Origin: Eledone cirrhosa
Taxonomy: Eukaryota
Length of the DNA stretch: 64,000 nucleotides
Assembly: GCA_964016885.1 (NCBI GenBank)
Contig: OZ024744.1
Coordinates: forward strand, 35,712,001 to 35,776,000
Reading direction: 5' to 3'
The position numbers and the translations under genes were made by a program. This document shows, in pieces, positions 25,415 to 38,373 of the stretch. Position 1 is the stretch's first letter. Every line of letters begins with the position of its first letter. The notes under the pieces were generated by a model. That model did no database searches. It saw only the letters and a program-made list of their open reading frames with translations, and was not told the origin of the DNA.

Positions 25415-27302
25415 TTTATTAAAATAACAGTTTAAAGTTTAAGCAAAGAATCGCTGCTTTCACCCTTAACGGGATCTTCTGAAACTAACAAAGTCAATCT
25501 GTGAACGCGGAAGTGAATATTTCAAAAAACGTTGCAACCGGAGAAAGACAGGAAGACGATACTTTGGTTCGTGGAAATGTTCCCTGGCAAAGAACGGGAA
25601 AAAACGAATATAATACGTCATTATTTGGAGTCGATAAAATAAAGTACCAGTAATACACTGGGTAATTGCTGGCCTAGTGCCAAAAGTAGAAACAATTATT
25701 TGGAGCGGTGAAAAACAATTACACGCAAATACAAAATCACGTTTATGGTATAAAAGAAGTCGTAGACTAATGTTCTATTAGGTGGTTCATAGAGACGCTC
25801 TCTGGCAATGAACGGAAAAAACGAAGATAATACGTCATATGTGGAGCGGGGAGAACAATAGCACGCAAAGACAAAACAACGTAAATGTTATAACTGGAGT
25901 CGTAGACTAAAATTCTAACTAGGAAACCGAATGATTCTCGGCTTCAGAGTTAAGAATAAAGTAAATAAAATACAGTGGTAATCGAAATTAAATAAATACA
26001 TACACGCATCCAGTTACACTGGGAGATCCTAGCTAGGGCTAGATCATATAACGGAAATAAAAGACGATGTGACCTCTGCGCCGCTGAGGCTCTGGAAATA
26101 CTCTACGCCAAAGACCACATCTTAAACAAAAAATCTGAGGCAATTTCGGCTTGTAAACATAAATTGCACAAAACTTTCCTGTATTACAGCCCCACATTAT
26201 ACCCTAACGGATAGTACGAACTATACGCGGATATTTTACGTCTTGATGTGGTAGCTAAGTATATGTTATGTTTATACCATTAATTATTTGTATAGGTAAG
26301 TATATATTACCTGTATGTTTTGTGAAGGTACGTATACTTTCTCGTACGTATATTTGATTGTATATGTTATGGCGTATATTTTATATATTCTGGTACATAT
26401 GCTTTTGGTTATGTGTATACGTGAGCTTTGCGTCTGTGTGAGTATGCAGGTTCGTACGTATGTAGGGTGTGTGTATATGTGTTTTGGTTGACGTACGTCT
26501 CCGAACATATGTGTATATACATGTAGGTATGTGTGTGCGCTTGTTATATACGTATTTATTTATATACGTTTATTTAATTATATGTATACACGCACACACA
26601 CACACACATATATATATTAATATATATATTTTTATATATAATTTGATGTGTATTCTGTATGTGCGTGGGTTCTGTATATGCGTGCGGGTTTTTTCATTTT
26701 TTTTAATGTACGTGCGTGTATTTGTATACCTATGGCGAGTGTTTTCACGTATGCTTGTGTATGTACGTATATGGATGCGTGTATGTATTTATTTAATTTC
26801 TATTACCTCTGTATTGTATTTTATTTACTTTATTCTTAAATCTGCAGCCGAGAATCATTCGGTTTCCTAGTTAGAATTTTAGTCTACGACTTCAGTTATA
26901 CCATTTACGTGGTTTTGTCTTTGCGTGCGATTGTTCTCCACGTCCCACATATGACGTATTATCTTCGTTTTTTTCGTTCATTGCCAGAGAACGTCTCTAT
27001 GAACCACCTAATAGAATATTAGTCTACGACTTCTTTTATACCATAAACGTGGTTTTGTATTTGCGTGTAATTGTTTGTCACTGCTCCACATAATGACGTA
27101 TTATATTCGTTTTTCCCCGTTCTTTGCCAGGGAACGTTTCCACGAACCAAAGTATCGTCTTCCTGTCTTCCTCCGGTTGCAACGTTTTTTGAAATATTCA
27201 CTTCCGCGTTCACAGATTGACTTTGTGAGTTTCAGAAGATCCCGTTAAGGGTGAAAGCAGCGATTCTTTGCTTAAACTTTAATCTGTTAATTTAATAAAT
27301 AT
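25415..27302 (+). mobile_element. 5'-truncated PLE (GIY-YIG C-terminus plus pLTR) with inverted pLTR
   Basis: 26019-26190 WEILARARSYNGNKRRCDLCAAEALEIL..LNKKSEAISACKHK. 25415-26010 is the inverted repeat of 26775-27302. Confidence 0.85.
25631..25700 (+). mobile_element. SINE 3' fragment with TSD ATTATTTGGAG
   Basis: Absent from the opposite arm of the inverted repeat. Flanked by an 11-bp direct repeat. Confidence 0.85.
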
Positions 27303-27392
27303 TTGCTCTACGGTTCTTATATATTCGATATATATTTATCCTTATCGAGCCCTCTTTGGATTTTAGTCTTCAAATTTATTATTATTACTATA

Positions 27393-27476
<84 letters not shown>

Positions 27477-27821
27477 CACATACACCAATTAAACAAAGTC
27501 ACAGGTATATATGTGTTTTGGCAACTATACACGATGTGGTTAATTATGCTGATTGGGGGTAGAGATGATGTATATATTTTATCAAATAATTCCTGGACAT
27601 GCTTTACTCTATAGTATATATATATATATATAAATATATACATACATAAATGTAAGTATGCATACGTACACACACACATATGTAAACATACACATGTATG
27701 TATGGGTTATATCGAACATTAATAATAATATTCGATTCGTTTGCAAGCAAACAGACCGATAGAGCTGTATTGTGCCGATGACCAATCGTCATCCTTTGTT
27801 CAACACTAGCATTGACGTAAA

Positions 27822-27862
27822 CAGTCCTGATGAAGGATAATGACCCAGAAACTTGTTGATTG
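27822..27862 (+). ncRNA. Decayed minimal hammerhead (family of 30860)
   Basis: cagtc-CTGATGA-aggataatgaccca-GAAA-cttg-TT-gattg. Lies between inverted repeats 27707-27760 and 27893-27945. Confidence 0.65.
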
Positions 27863-27945
27863 GTCTTCGATGCCATCGGCATAGTAGAACTTTATCGGTC
27901 TGTTTGCTTGCAAACGAATCGAATATTATTATTAATGTTCGATAA

Positions 27946-28070
27946 TTCGACATTCTGAGTTCAAATCCCGCCGAGGTTAACTTTGCCTTTCATCCTTACG
28001 GGGTCGATAAAATAAAGTACCAGTAATAAACTGGGTAATTGCTGGCCTTGTGCCTAACGTAGAAACAATT
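27946..28070 (+). mobile_element. 5'-truncated SINE with ~18-bp TSD ATTATTAATGTTCGATAA
   Basis: SINE body as at 11342. Direct repeat at 27928-27945 and 28068-28085. Confidence 0.85.
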
Positions 28071-28087
28071 ATTAATGTTCGATAACA

Positions 28088-30030
28088 ATGCATGAAGACC
28101 ATCATCAATAACCAGAGAACAGCTGAAGAGAAGTGGACCATTGAGAAATCAAACTCAACCCCAAAGTGTTCTTTTCATTTGCTAACAAACACAAGGTCAC
28201 TGTCTCTACTGTTGGCCCCCTAGTTGATGAAAATGGCACACTCCAAGATAATGCCAAAACCATGGGCGAGATACTGCAGAATCAATACTGCTCTGTTTTC
28301 AGCAATCCTGATATGGCCGATCTGGGCCGTATCAGTGATATTAACCCCCAACACGCTATATCGGACATAACGTTTGGCGCCCCTGATGTCTTAGCGGCAA
28401 TAAACGAAATTAAACACAATTCAGCAGTAGGCCCCCACATGTCACCTGCTTGTGTCCTGAAGGTTAGTCCACACCAACTTGCATCCCCTCTTGCTAATCT
28501 GTGGAGGAGCTCACTGGACACTGGCTATATTCCTGAAAACTTTCTGTCCCAGTCTTCGAAAAGGAAAATAAGTCCCTTGCAGTGAACTACCGTCCGATCT
28601 CACTCACCTCTCATATTATCAAGGTATTTGAGAGGGTGGTGAGATCACGAATAACCCACTTTCTTGAAAGCAATGGCCTGCTGAACTCCAACCAACATGG
28701 GTTCCGTAATGGAAGGGACTGCCTAAAGCAGCTCCTGCATCACTTTGACGATGTTTTGAGAGCCTGGGGAGAGGGCTCCAACACTGATGTCATCTACCTT
28801 GATTTCAGCAAGGCCTTTTACAGGTTTGATCATAAGATTCTACTGAAAAAACTATCCAATGTTGGTGTCTCTGGAAGGTTACTACAGTGGATCAAATGTT
28901 TCCTGACAGACAGAACCCAACATGTTGTAGTCGAAGGAGTAAAATTAAGCCCTGCCAAAGTCAGCAGTGGCGTCCTGCAAGGCACTGTGTTGGGCCCACT
29001 TCTTTTCATTATTGATGTTACTGACATCATCAAGCAGAGCAGCATCAGAATCTTCGCAGATGATTCCAAGCTCCAAAGGGTCATCAATGAGGTGGGTGAC
29101 CGGACTTGCCTTCAGTCAGACCTACTGGCTGTTATCAAATGGGCAGAAAAGAATAATATGCTGTTGAATGAGGATAAATTTGAATTAATCTGCTTTGGAA
29201 AAAAGGATGCCCTGAAACTACCATACTCTCTTCCCTCGGGTGAAACTCTAGTGGCATCCAATTACATCAGAGACCTGGGAGTAATTGTGGACAACAACAT
29301 AAGCTGGGCCACTCATATAAACAGCAAAGTTGACATGGCCCGCAGAATGTGTTCCTGGATTCTCAGAACCTTCCAGTCGAGATATATCCACACTGTTGTC
29401 CTTCTCTTCTCCACTTTTGCCCTACCCCACCTTGAATACTGTTGTCCACTGTGGTCTCCCCACACGAAACAAAGTATCATGAAAGTTGAAGCACCCCAAA
29501 GATCGATTACAAAAAAGATAGATGGCATGACAGGCCTTGACTATTGGAGTCGATTAGAAAAGCTCAACCTTTATTCTCTTCAACGTCGCCGTGAGCGCTA
29601 CATTATCTGTATTATATGGAAAATATTCCATCAGCTTTGCCCAAATGATGTTGGCATCACCTTTAATGTACACCCAAGGCTTGAGCCCCGTGCTATCTGC
29701 CCGCGACAAAAATCTCACTCGCATCTCACAACAACAATACGGCATAATTATTTCACCTCAATTAGCCCTGCTCTCCTTAACATTACACCAAACTCAGCAA
29801 AGCAGAGACAGACTCCATCAAGTTGAAGAAGTCTTTGGACAAATTCCTTCAAGAAATCCCGGATAAGCCATCTACACCCGGTTATGCCTCCGTAAACAAT
29901 AACTCTCTGCTCGAGTGGGCCATGGTGTCCGAACCCTGATTTGTATGACTTCGCCAGGTGGTGCTATTAAGTTAGACATGGCCTGGGCCAATACTGGCCG
30001 AAACCTATCAAAGTTATCAAAGTTAAGATA
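28088..30030 (+). mobile_element. 5'-truncated CR1-type LINE (RT), frameshifted
   Basis: NYRPISLTS, QHGFR, YLDFSKAF, SGVLQGTVLGP, FADDSK, LEYCCPLWSP, YSLQRRRER. Short-repeat tail (TATCAAAGT)2. Confidence 0.9.
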
Positions 30031-30651
30031 TAAATTCCATTTGTATTATTACCTCCAAGGCCTAATAATTAATTAATTAAATTAGACAATTCTATTGATT
30101 GATTAATTATTTATGTTTGTTTAATAACGTCTGGTTGAGTGCTTCGGTTTGTGCAGGTAAAACAGCTCCTTCGTCCACATTTTGAATTTTCCCGCCATAA
30201 ACCCGGGTTTACTTCCTTTGTTGGGAAAAAGCATGTGATAGTTGAAGCATTGACTGCTGCTACCAAAAGTGGCCTACTTCTTCATCTTACACCGGGTCAA
30301 GCTACAGAACGGAAACCTGTTGATAACATGCATCATCAGTTCGGTCATCAAACACCAAAAACTTGCATAGTTGCGCAAGTAGGATTGTTAATTTTGATTA
30401 CATAGAAACCTATCGGAGGCACGGTGCAGTGCCTTCCGAGATGGTCCAGGTTTGTTATCTAACCTGAAAGTTTTTTCGATGCTTCGGTGTTGTGGCTGGG
30501 CTTGACTGCCAAAGTTTTCAATTTGTCATGCTATCTAACATATGTTATTACTCTGAGCACAGACTCATCAAGTGCTTGGCTGCATAGTTCCTAATTGTAT
30601 TTCGTTAGCGTCGCTACAGCCGAAACTTCGATTTTACTAAACTTCCATTTG

Positions 30652-30686
<35 letters not shown>

Positions 30687-30859
30687 ACGTATGAATACTT
30701 ACATTTAAGCATCAGCTTGACCGAGAAATGAAATTCTAATTTTATTTTTAATTTTCGGCAAGGCCAGCCGTAACTCGCTTGGTATGCAAATGAAATTATT
30801 CAGCCGATGTATACTTCAGAAAATACCATATATTTTCAACCGTTCAACAGATTGAGAGA

Positions 30860-30914
30860 GAGGTAAACAATCCTGATGAAGGGTAATGACCCAGAAACAT
30901 GTTGATTGTTCCTC
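30860..30914 (+). ncRNA. Intact minimal type-I hammerhead ribozyme
   Basis: aacaatc-CTGATGA-a-gggt/aatg/accc-a-GAAA-catg-TT-gattgtt. Palindromic ACATGT stem III. Confidence 0.85.
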
Positions 30915-31035
30915 GATGCCAGTATTGAACCAACGGTTGGTCATCGACACAGATGTATCGGACCGTTTGCTTGCAAACGAATCGTATATTGTTATTAATG
31001 TTCGATATAACCCATACGTACATATTCATGTGTGC

Positions 31036-31079
<44 letters not shown>

Positions 31080-31352
31080 CTAGGGAGTGTAACGTGCAGT
31101 TACTGTAGGTTTACCCGAGTGAGCACTCGGAGCGTAGTCTCAAGTCTATAAATAGGTGTAGAAGTAAGCAGATTGAAAATATAATAAAAGGACGATTTGT
31201 TATGTCTTCATTCTATCCTTACCACAGCAGAGGTCCGACGAGCTTTTGATTCCATAATCGGGCTAGATCGAAACAGATCGAACCTTGAGCCGGTCAATAG
31301 CGAAACGCGCGTCACTACTCAATAAACATAATGAAGACATAACAAATCATCC

Positions 31353-31392
<40 letters not shown>

Positions 31393-31602
31393 GACGAAAG
31401 TGGATGTACGTTTTTTGAAGCTCCGTGAGTAAGCAATTTTTTGAGGATTAATTGTGGAGAATTGTTTATTTTTTTGTACCGCTGAAGCATTATAAGACAT
31501 TAATTTGTATCCTGTGAAGGAATAACTCATAATATTTGGGCCTTTTGGCCCAAATATTTGAACTTTATTTTGGAAAAATAAAAATTTTTTTCTCAAAAAA
31601 AC

Positions 31603-33515
31603 ATGGCGGAGCCACGCCCCCTAGAGGCGGGTCTGCTGTCGTGCAACGGCGACTTGAGCGTTGAGAGGAGAGGTGAGGCGAGGAGCGCCACCAGCACGAA
31701 TGTGAGCAGCGACAGTGCCAGCACCAACGGGCCGAGCGGCGCGGAAGGTGGTAACAGCGACAACACCAACACCAACAAGCCGAACAGCGCAGAAGGTGGT
31801 AATAGCGAGAGCACCAACAAAACGAACAGCACAGAGAGTAATAGTAGCGACAGCAACAGCACCAACAAGGCCAACAGCACAGAGGGTAACCACGACACAG
31901 GGGAGAACAACAACAGCAATAGCAGCAGCAACACCAACAAGAACAACAACAGTGACAACACCAACAAGAACACCTTCGCTGCTGTGGCAGCGGCTAAAAG
32001 GAGACCATGCTACAGCATCGACTTAACCAACAGAGAGGAAAAGTTGGCCCAGGCCTGGAAAATCATAAATCAAGAGCAGACCTGGGCAAACTTAACTGTC
32101 CCGGCAGAAGCCATTGAGGCAGTGGAAAAAAGAACGGTGCATTTCAGATGCATCTCAGTAGAGACAAAGAGGGCAGCGATAATCGCCCAAGCTGATATAG
32201 AAGCCGCACTGAAATACATCAGAGAGGACACAGACTTCATAGAGAGGGGCAGGCAATACGGCACTGTTTCGGTGCTGTTCAAGTCTGAAGCCCTCGCTGT
32301 GAAGCATTCAATGACCCCTTGCAAAACCAGCAAGGTCATAATGTACCCCTCCCACATGGGAAAACGAATAGCACGTGTGCGCATTCCCAGGATTCCACCA
32401 GGACTTGATATGTGGTGGCTCCTGGGTTGCGTAATCGTGGAAGGAACGGATACAGTCCCGGTAGAGGCAACGAGAACTGCCAGGGACGACTGGTCCGGGG
32501 TTGATCTGGAGATACTGCTCCAAATCAGACCCGAAAACGTAAAAGCAATCCCGGACCACATCCGCCTCCAAAACGGGAGGGTGTTGCATATAATGACTGA
32601 GGGCAAAAGGCCGCATTGTTTCCTTTGTGGGGAAACGACACACTTGCGAGCCTTCTGCCCTCAACTGCCGAAAAGCGCAAGGGGTCGAAAGATTCCACTG
32701 CTGGCGACGCCGGGACAAGGACCACCAGCAACACCGTCAACAATGGAACCACCAAAATTGCACACCCAGGGGGGAAACGAGGAAAGCTCTCCCATTCCCC
32801 CTCCCCCCAAAAAAATACACACACGAACAAGAACATAAACACTCACTCAGACACAAACACGCTCACAGCCACAGACCCCTCATCCTCCAGCAGTGAAGAT
32901 GAGGGAAAACCAAAGTCCCCCAAAATACAAAAAACAAAACACAAAAAAAAAAGAAATCCACAAAGCACAAACACCCCCACAAAAAAAAATACACACACCA
33001 CCCACACAAACATTTTCCCCACAGCATCACCAACACAACCACCAAAATCCCCCAAACGCAAACAAGCTAAACAGACACAAGAACAAATAGACACACAAAC
33101 ATCAGAAACTACAGACACCCCACCCACAACAAACGCAGACACAATAGAAACAACACTAACAAAGCTATCACCACCACAATCACACGAACAAATAAAACCC
33201 GAGCAACAAAACATTAAAAACTTCGTGCTTGCCAGAAGGGCCAACAAGGAATTGATGGCCCATGTAGCACGAAGCACAAACATCGAAAAAGAGGGGGAAA
33301 CATTTGAAGCGAGCACATTTCGCGTACCAGATAATTTGCTTCTGATGCGAATGTCGCTCGCTTCATACAAAGAAATTCGAAAGAGCTTTCCTCGGGATGT
33401 GGGAACCCCGAACGTAAAACCCACTTCAAGACTATTAAAGGGGTTCCCAAAAGAAACCCCACAAACCATGGAGGTCGAACCACCCGACCTTCACAAGACC
33501 CCGGAAGGTGAGTAA
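31603..33515 (+). CDS. ORF1 Gag-like nucleic-acid-binding protein (S/N/T-rich N-terminus, CCHC zinc knuckle); continues in the -1 frame
   Basis: CFLCGETTHLRAFC knuckle. ORFs 31603-32838 and 32616-33515 overlap and end just before ORF2. Confidence 0.8.
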
Positions 33516-33544
33516 ACCTTTCCTCTCCCATTCATCCTGCCAGC

Positions 33545-36500
33545 ATGGCCATAAGAGTAGGAAGTTTAAATGTTCGTGGCCTGGGGTCGCCCTGGAAGCA
33601 AGGTCACTTGCTCAACGACCTCAGGTCACTAGGAATGGATGTAATTGCCATCAGCGAGACCAGAATTTCCGACACACGCGCACTGGCGCCGATTTTCGAC
33701 GATTATCAGATCTTTGCATCTGTTAGTCGGCCGGGAATGGGAGGTGGAGTGGCTGTGCTGTTTAGGAAATGTCTGGATCTCGAGGTAAGGTCAATCTTCC
33801 GGGATCCTGACGGAAAGTTGGTGGTCCTGGACGTGAGAAATAGCGAAGGTGGTGCCTTTAGAGTGGTGGCCGTCTACGCCCCTACTGGGGCCGGTCGGCC
33901 GGACTTCTTTAGGCGCCTGGAAAACTTTCTGCTTACGTCTCGCCCTTTACTGTTAATAGGGGATTGGAATGGCATCTTAGAAGCACGCTGGGATTGTGTG
34001 GGAGTATCTGATAGGAGCGGGGGGTGCAAAAGCCTCAAGTACCTGATCAGCCAGTTTCAACTGTCTGACAGGTACCGACTAGATTTCCCTAATGCGCCAG
34101 TATGGACCTGGACCAATCGCATAGGGTCATCTAGATCGTACATAGATAGGATTTTCATTAGGAAAAGAGATAGAAATAGTGTAGGATGTCCACATTTTAA
34201 AACGGTTGCCTATTCAGATCACAAGCTTGTGATCTGTATGGTCGACCTAGATAAGACACGTAGGTTAGGACCTAGCTACTGGAAGCTAAACATGTCGTTT
34301 CCGGCACGTAAAGCTTACAGGGACCGGGTCAACAACTTAGTTAAGCAAAAGCTGACAGGGGGGCGGGGGTTGTCAACAACAGGCGGTGGGGGGCTCTCAA
34401 AGGAGAGATTAGAGCAACCTCGATAGGATTTAGCAAAGAAGTAGCAATAGAGAAAAATAGAAAGGAGGAGGGGCTGATAGCTAAGTTAGACGAGGCTATT
34501 TGTAGTGGCATTGCAACAGACGTGCTAGCGGCGAGAATGGCACTAGACCATTTCTTCAATGCGAAACACGAAGGTTGCATTGTCAGAGCTAAGGCGCGTG
34601 CTCTGAGGAACGAGGGGACCAAAGCTGCCCGATGGGCTCGCTTTGCAGAGACGCAGCGTGGAAATAAAACCACAATTCGGTCTTTGACGGATCGAGATGG
34701 ACACGAACTGAGCGATTCCAAGCAGATGTGTGAGGCCTTTCGCCAGCACTTTGCTCGATTGTTCGGGAGGATGGGTGAGTCGGAGACGGCGGCGGACTTC
34801 AGTCCCTACCTCGACGGCTTGCTACGCCTCTCGACGGCCGACGCTGAGCGCTGCGAAGAGCCGATAACATCAGTCGAAATTCAGGACGCCCTTGTCGGCT
34901 GCTCGAGTCGCAAGTCACCCGGTTTGGATGGTCTGCCCTACGAGCTTTACGTAAATATGCCAGACTTGTTCTCCGATCTCCTCGAAGCGCTCTACTGCAA
35001 CTGGCAGCAGAACGGGAGCATTCCCAGTTCTGTGAGCCGTGGCGTAGTGACGCTGATAAGGAAAGACGAGAACAAGAGGGACACACTAGATAATTTCAGG
35101 CCCATAACCCTGCTCAACACAGAGTTTAAGATTTTGGCCAAGGTGTTAGCGAAAAGGTTGGCGCTTGTCGTCAAAGATTTGGTTGGGGAGGCGCAAACTT
35201 GCGCAATCCCGACCAGGTCCATACACGACAACCTCCACCTCATGCGATACATCATAGAGAGGGTTGGGTGCAAACCTGGCTTCGGTGGGGCTCTGATCAA
35301 TTTAGATCAATCGAAAGCATTCGATAGGGTCGACCATCGGTACTTGGAGGCTGTCCTCGAGGCGGCTGGCTTCGGCCCCGTCTTCAGAAGCTGGATCGCT
35401 GCAATGTACAGCGGCATCTGCTCGGTGGTCAAAGTTAATGGCCACCTCTCGGAACCGTTTCAGATCTCTCGATCGGTCCGTCAAGGGTGCCCTCTCTCCT
35501 CACTTCTGTACGTATTGACTCTTGAGCCTCTACTGCGGAAGCTGGAGTTGTTGCAGGGCATCCCGCTCGAACCGGGACGTAGAAAGGCTGCGTCCGCTTA
35601 TGCGGACGACATCACCGTGATGGTGTCGGACACCTCGGAAATCGAGGTGATCCGCACCCATTTGGAGGAATATGAAAGGTTGACGGGAGCAAAACTTTAC
35701 CCGGAAAAGTCGGTGGGCTTGCAGCTCGGTACCTGGAGAGGCAAGTCCATGCCGTCCAACAGCGTCGTTGGGCGCTGGACAGACGGACCGGTAAAGTTGC
35801 TCGGGGTTTGGTTCGGACCAGACCTCCAGGTGGATAAGAATTAGGACGAGGTGACGAGCAGGATAGCCAACCTCACCCAGAAATGGGCTGAGAGAAAGCT
35901 ATCACTGAAAGGGCGGGCGGAGGTGGCGAACGCGTACATCGCGTCCGTCATCTACTACCGCCTGACCGTCGTGCCTTGCCCCCGTCCACGCCTCGCCAAT
36001 TTGGAACGGCTCCTTTTCAAATTTTTGTGGAGGGGACGGGTCCCGTTGGTGAGGCGGTCCATCTGCTGCCAGCACCCTCTTCGTGGAGGGCTGGGCATGC
36101 CGTGGCTAATGATGCGCAGACATGCGCTGAGGCTGCGACATCTCCAGATATTTTGCCTAAACGGTGAACAGGTGTGGTCGCCGTTTGTTAGACGGGCCTT
36201 TCCGCAGCTCATCTCTTTGACTGAGCTGCAGTCCTAGGTCAAGAAGAGACCGAGACTGGGCGACTGGCATCTGGAATGTTGCCAGGCGCTCACTGCACTC
36301 TGCAAGGTGGGCAATGCGGTCAGTGGAACTTCCACTCAAGATTTCTATAGAGGATTAGTGGAGGGCAAGTACGATGACGTACTAGGAGAGGTTCTAGGCG
36401 TCAACGAAGTAGAACTGACCAGTATGTTCCGGAGGACTTTCGAGCCGGGGACGATGGATAACTTCCAGAAATCCCTCGCTTGGCAGTGCTACCGGGGGGC

Positions 36501-36969
36501 GCTGCCGGTTCGGGATAAACTCTACAGGCACGGAAGTGCTGTCAGACGAACCTGCCCGAGATGCGCACAGAGCGACGAAACCGTTCTGCACGCACTCGTC
36601 CAGTGTCCGTGCATTGCTGACTTGTGGGGTTATGTCGAACAGCTATTGTCGCGTGTAGAACGGATCCGGCTATCGTCCGAGTCCATAGTGAAGATTGACC
36701 CGCCGCCTTCTTTTGGTCAGGAAGGGCAGGCAATTTTCCTCTGCCCGGTGGCAGTAGCGAAAGAGGTTGCATGGTGGACCAGGTTGAAAGGACTGAAGAC
36801 AGACACTTTTCTCTTCGGCCAATCCCTCATCAACTTCTTCAAGTTTCACTTGGAAAGGAAGGTGAGGGTGGAGAGAGAAGTGCTGCCCCCCAGTACATTT
36901 ACTGAAAGGTGGGTGAATGTGGCGAGAATGGCCCGCGTGAGTGGGCCTACTCTGATCATGCGCCTGTAG
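33545..36969 (+). pseudogene. ORF2 APE endonuclease-reverse transcriptase-zinc finger, with one frameshift (~34360-34400) and two TAG stops
   Basis: SLNVRG, ISET, GDWN, IDRIF, SDH; KSPGLDG, KAFDRV, RQGCPLS, YADD; CPRC..ETVLHALVQC. Confidence 0.95.
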
Positions 36970-37218
36970 GCTGGTGAATTCGAGAAGGAGAGGGGTGCCC
37001 TTCCCGGGTGCCCTAGGAGCGTCGGGTGGCTCAGGACTGGTGGGGTGCTTGAGTCAACCCTGGGTGGTGATCCCTCTTATTGGGGAACTTTCATTGTTGT
37101 ATTTTTATTGTTATTTTGTTTTTTGTTATTTATACTTACTCGATCTCTATGTAAACCCCCACTGTCCCTGTCTATTGTGTTGTCCCCTATATGTCGGCCC
37201 TTGTGGCCAATAAATGAA

Positions 37219-37313
<95 letters not shown>

Positions 37314-37540
37314 AGTGAAAGGTTAGTAAAATCGAAGTTATGGCAGTCGGTCAAACCCACGAAGTTACTATTCGGATTTGCACAACACGCTCAATAAGAA
37401 TGTATCAATAAATCGATAGGTTACACCTTAGAGTAAGTAACATATGCTAAATAGCGTGACAAATTGAAAACTGTGGTTAGGGGACATAGATACGGAAGCC
37501 GCCACAACAACGAAAATACAATCAGGTTAAATAACAAACC

Positions 37541-37615
<75 letters not shown>

Positions 37616-37780
37616 CCAGGCTGTTTGTGCTTGTGTGGTCATCAAGCCTGTACATCCTTGAAAATGCTTGCTGAACACACAACTCAAACCGCCAGGCACA
37701 GTGGCCAGGATTTTTACATATTTCTCTACTCAATTTACATTTGCCCATACTTAGTGGTCTCCCCGGTCTCAGCACCGTAG

Positions 37781-37822
<42 letters not shown>

Positions 37823-37828
37823 TCTCTC

Positions 37829-37921
<93 letters not shown>

Positions 37922-38322
37922 AGAGAGAGAGAGAGAGCGACAGAGAGAGAGAATTATATTATTATTCAGTTTCCGTTAGTGTAATTAATTAATTTGATTA
38001 TATAACAAGAAACTGAAGCCACTTACAGTGGTATTTTACTCCACAGTCAAATTATTTCATTTGGTAAATTCTGTAGTAGTTCCACTATAGATTCCAAGTG
38101 TAACAATCTACGGAGTATATATATAGAAATTTACAAAATTTAATATTTAAAGCACCACATTTCAGAAGAGTGAGAACATCATTTATTTCATTACACTGAC
38201 ACGTGTTTCTTTGTATGTGTTACATAATCAGTCTAGGATCGCTACTATTTGACTTGTTCAATCAAATTAAATTGAATCCAACTACTTAAAAATTCATATT
38301 TAAACAAAACATCTTTTCATAT

Positions 38323-38373
<51 letters not shown>

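Larger units (their letters stand above)
31393..37222 (+). mobile_element. Near full-length Tx1/L1-clade non-LTR retrotransposon in an (ATT)n tract
   Basis: 5' UTR, ORF1, ORF2, 3' UTR with AATAAA at ~37209. (ATT)n on both sides. Confidence 0.93.

Noticed and set aside
30140-30600. Minus-strand CGRRSCFTC zinc-finger-like peptide
   Set aside because: Too short and decayed to assign.
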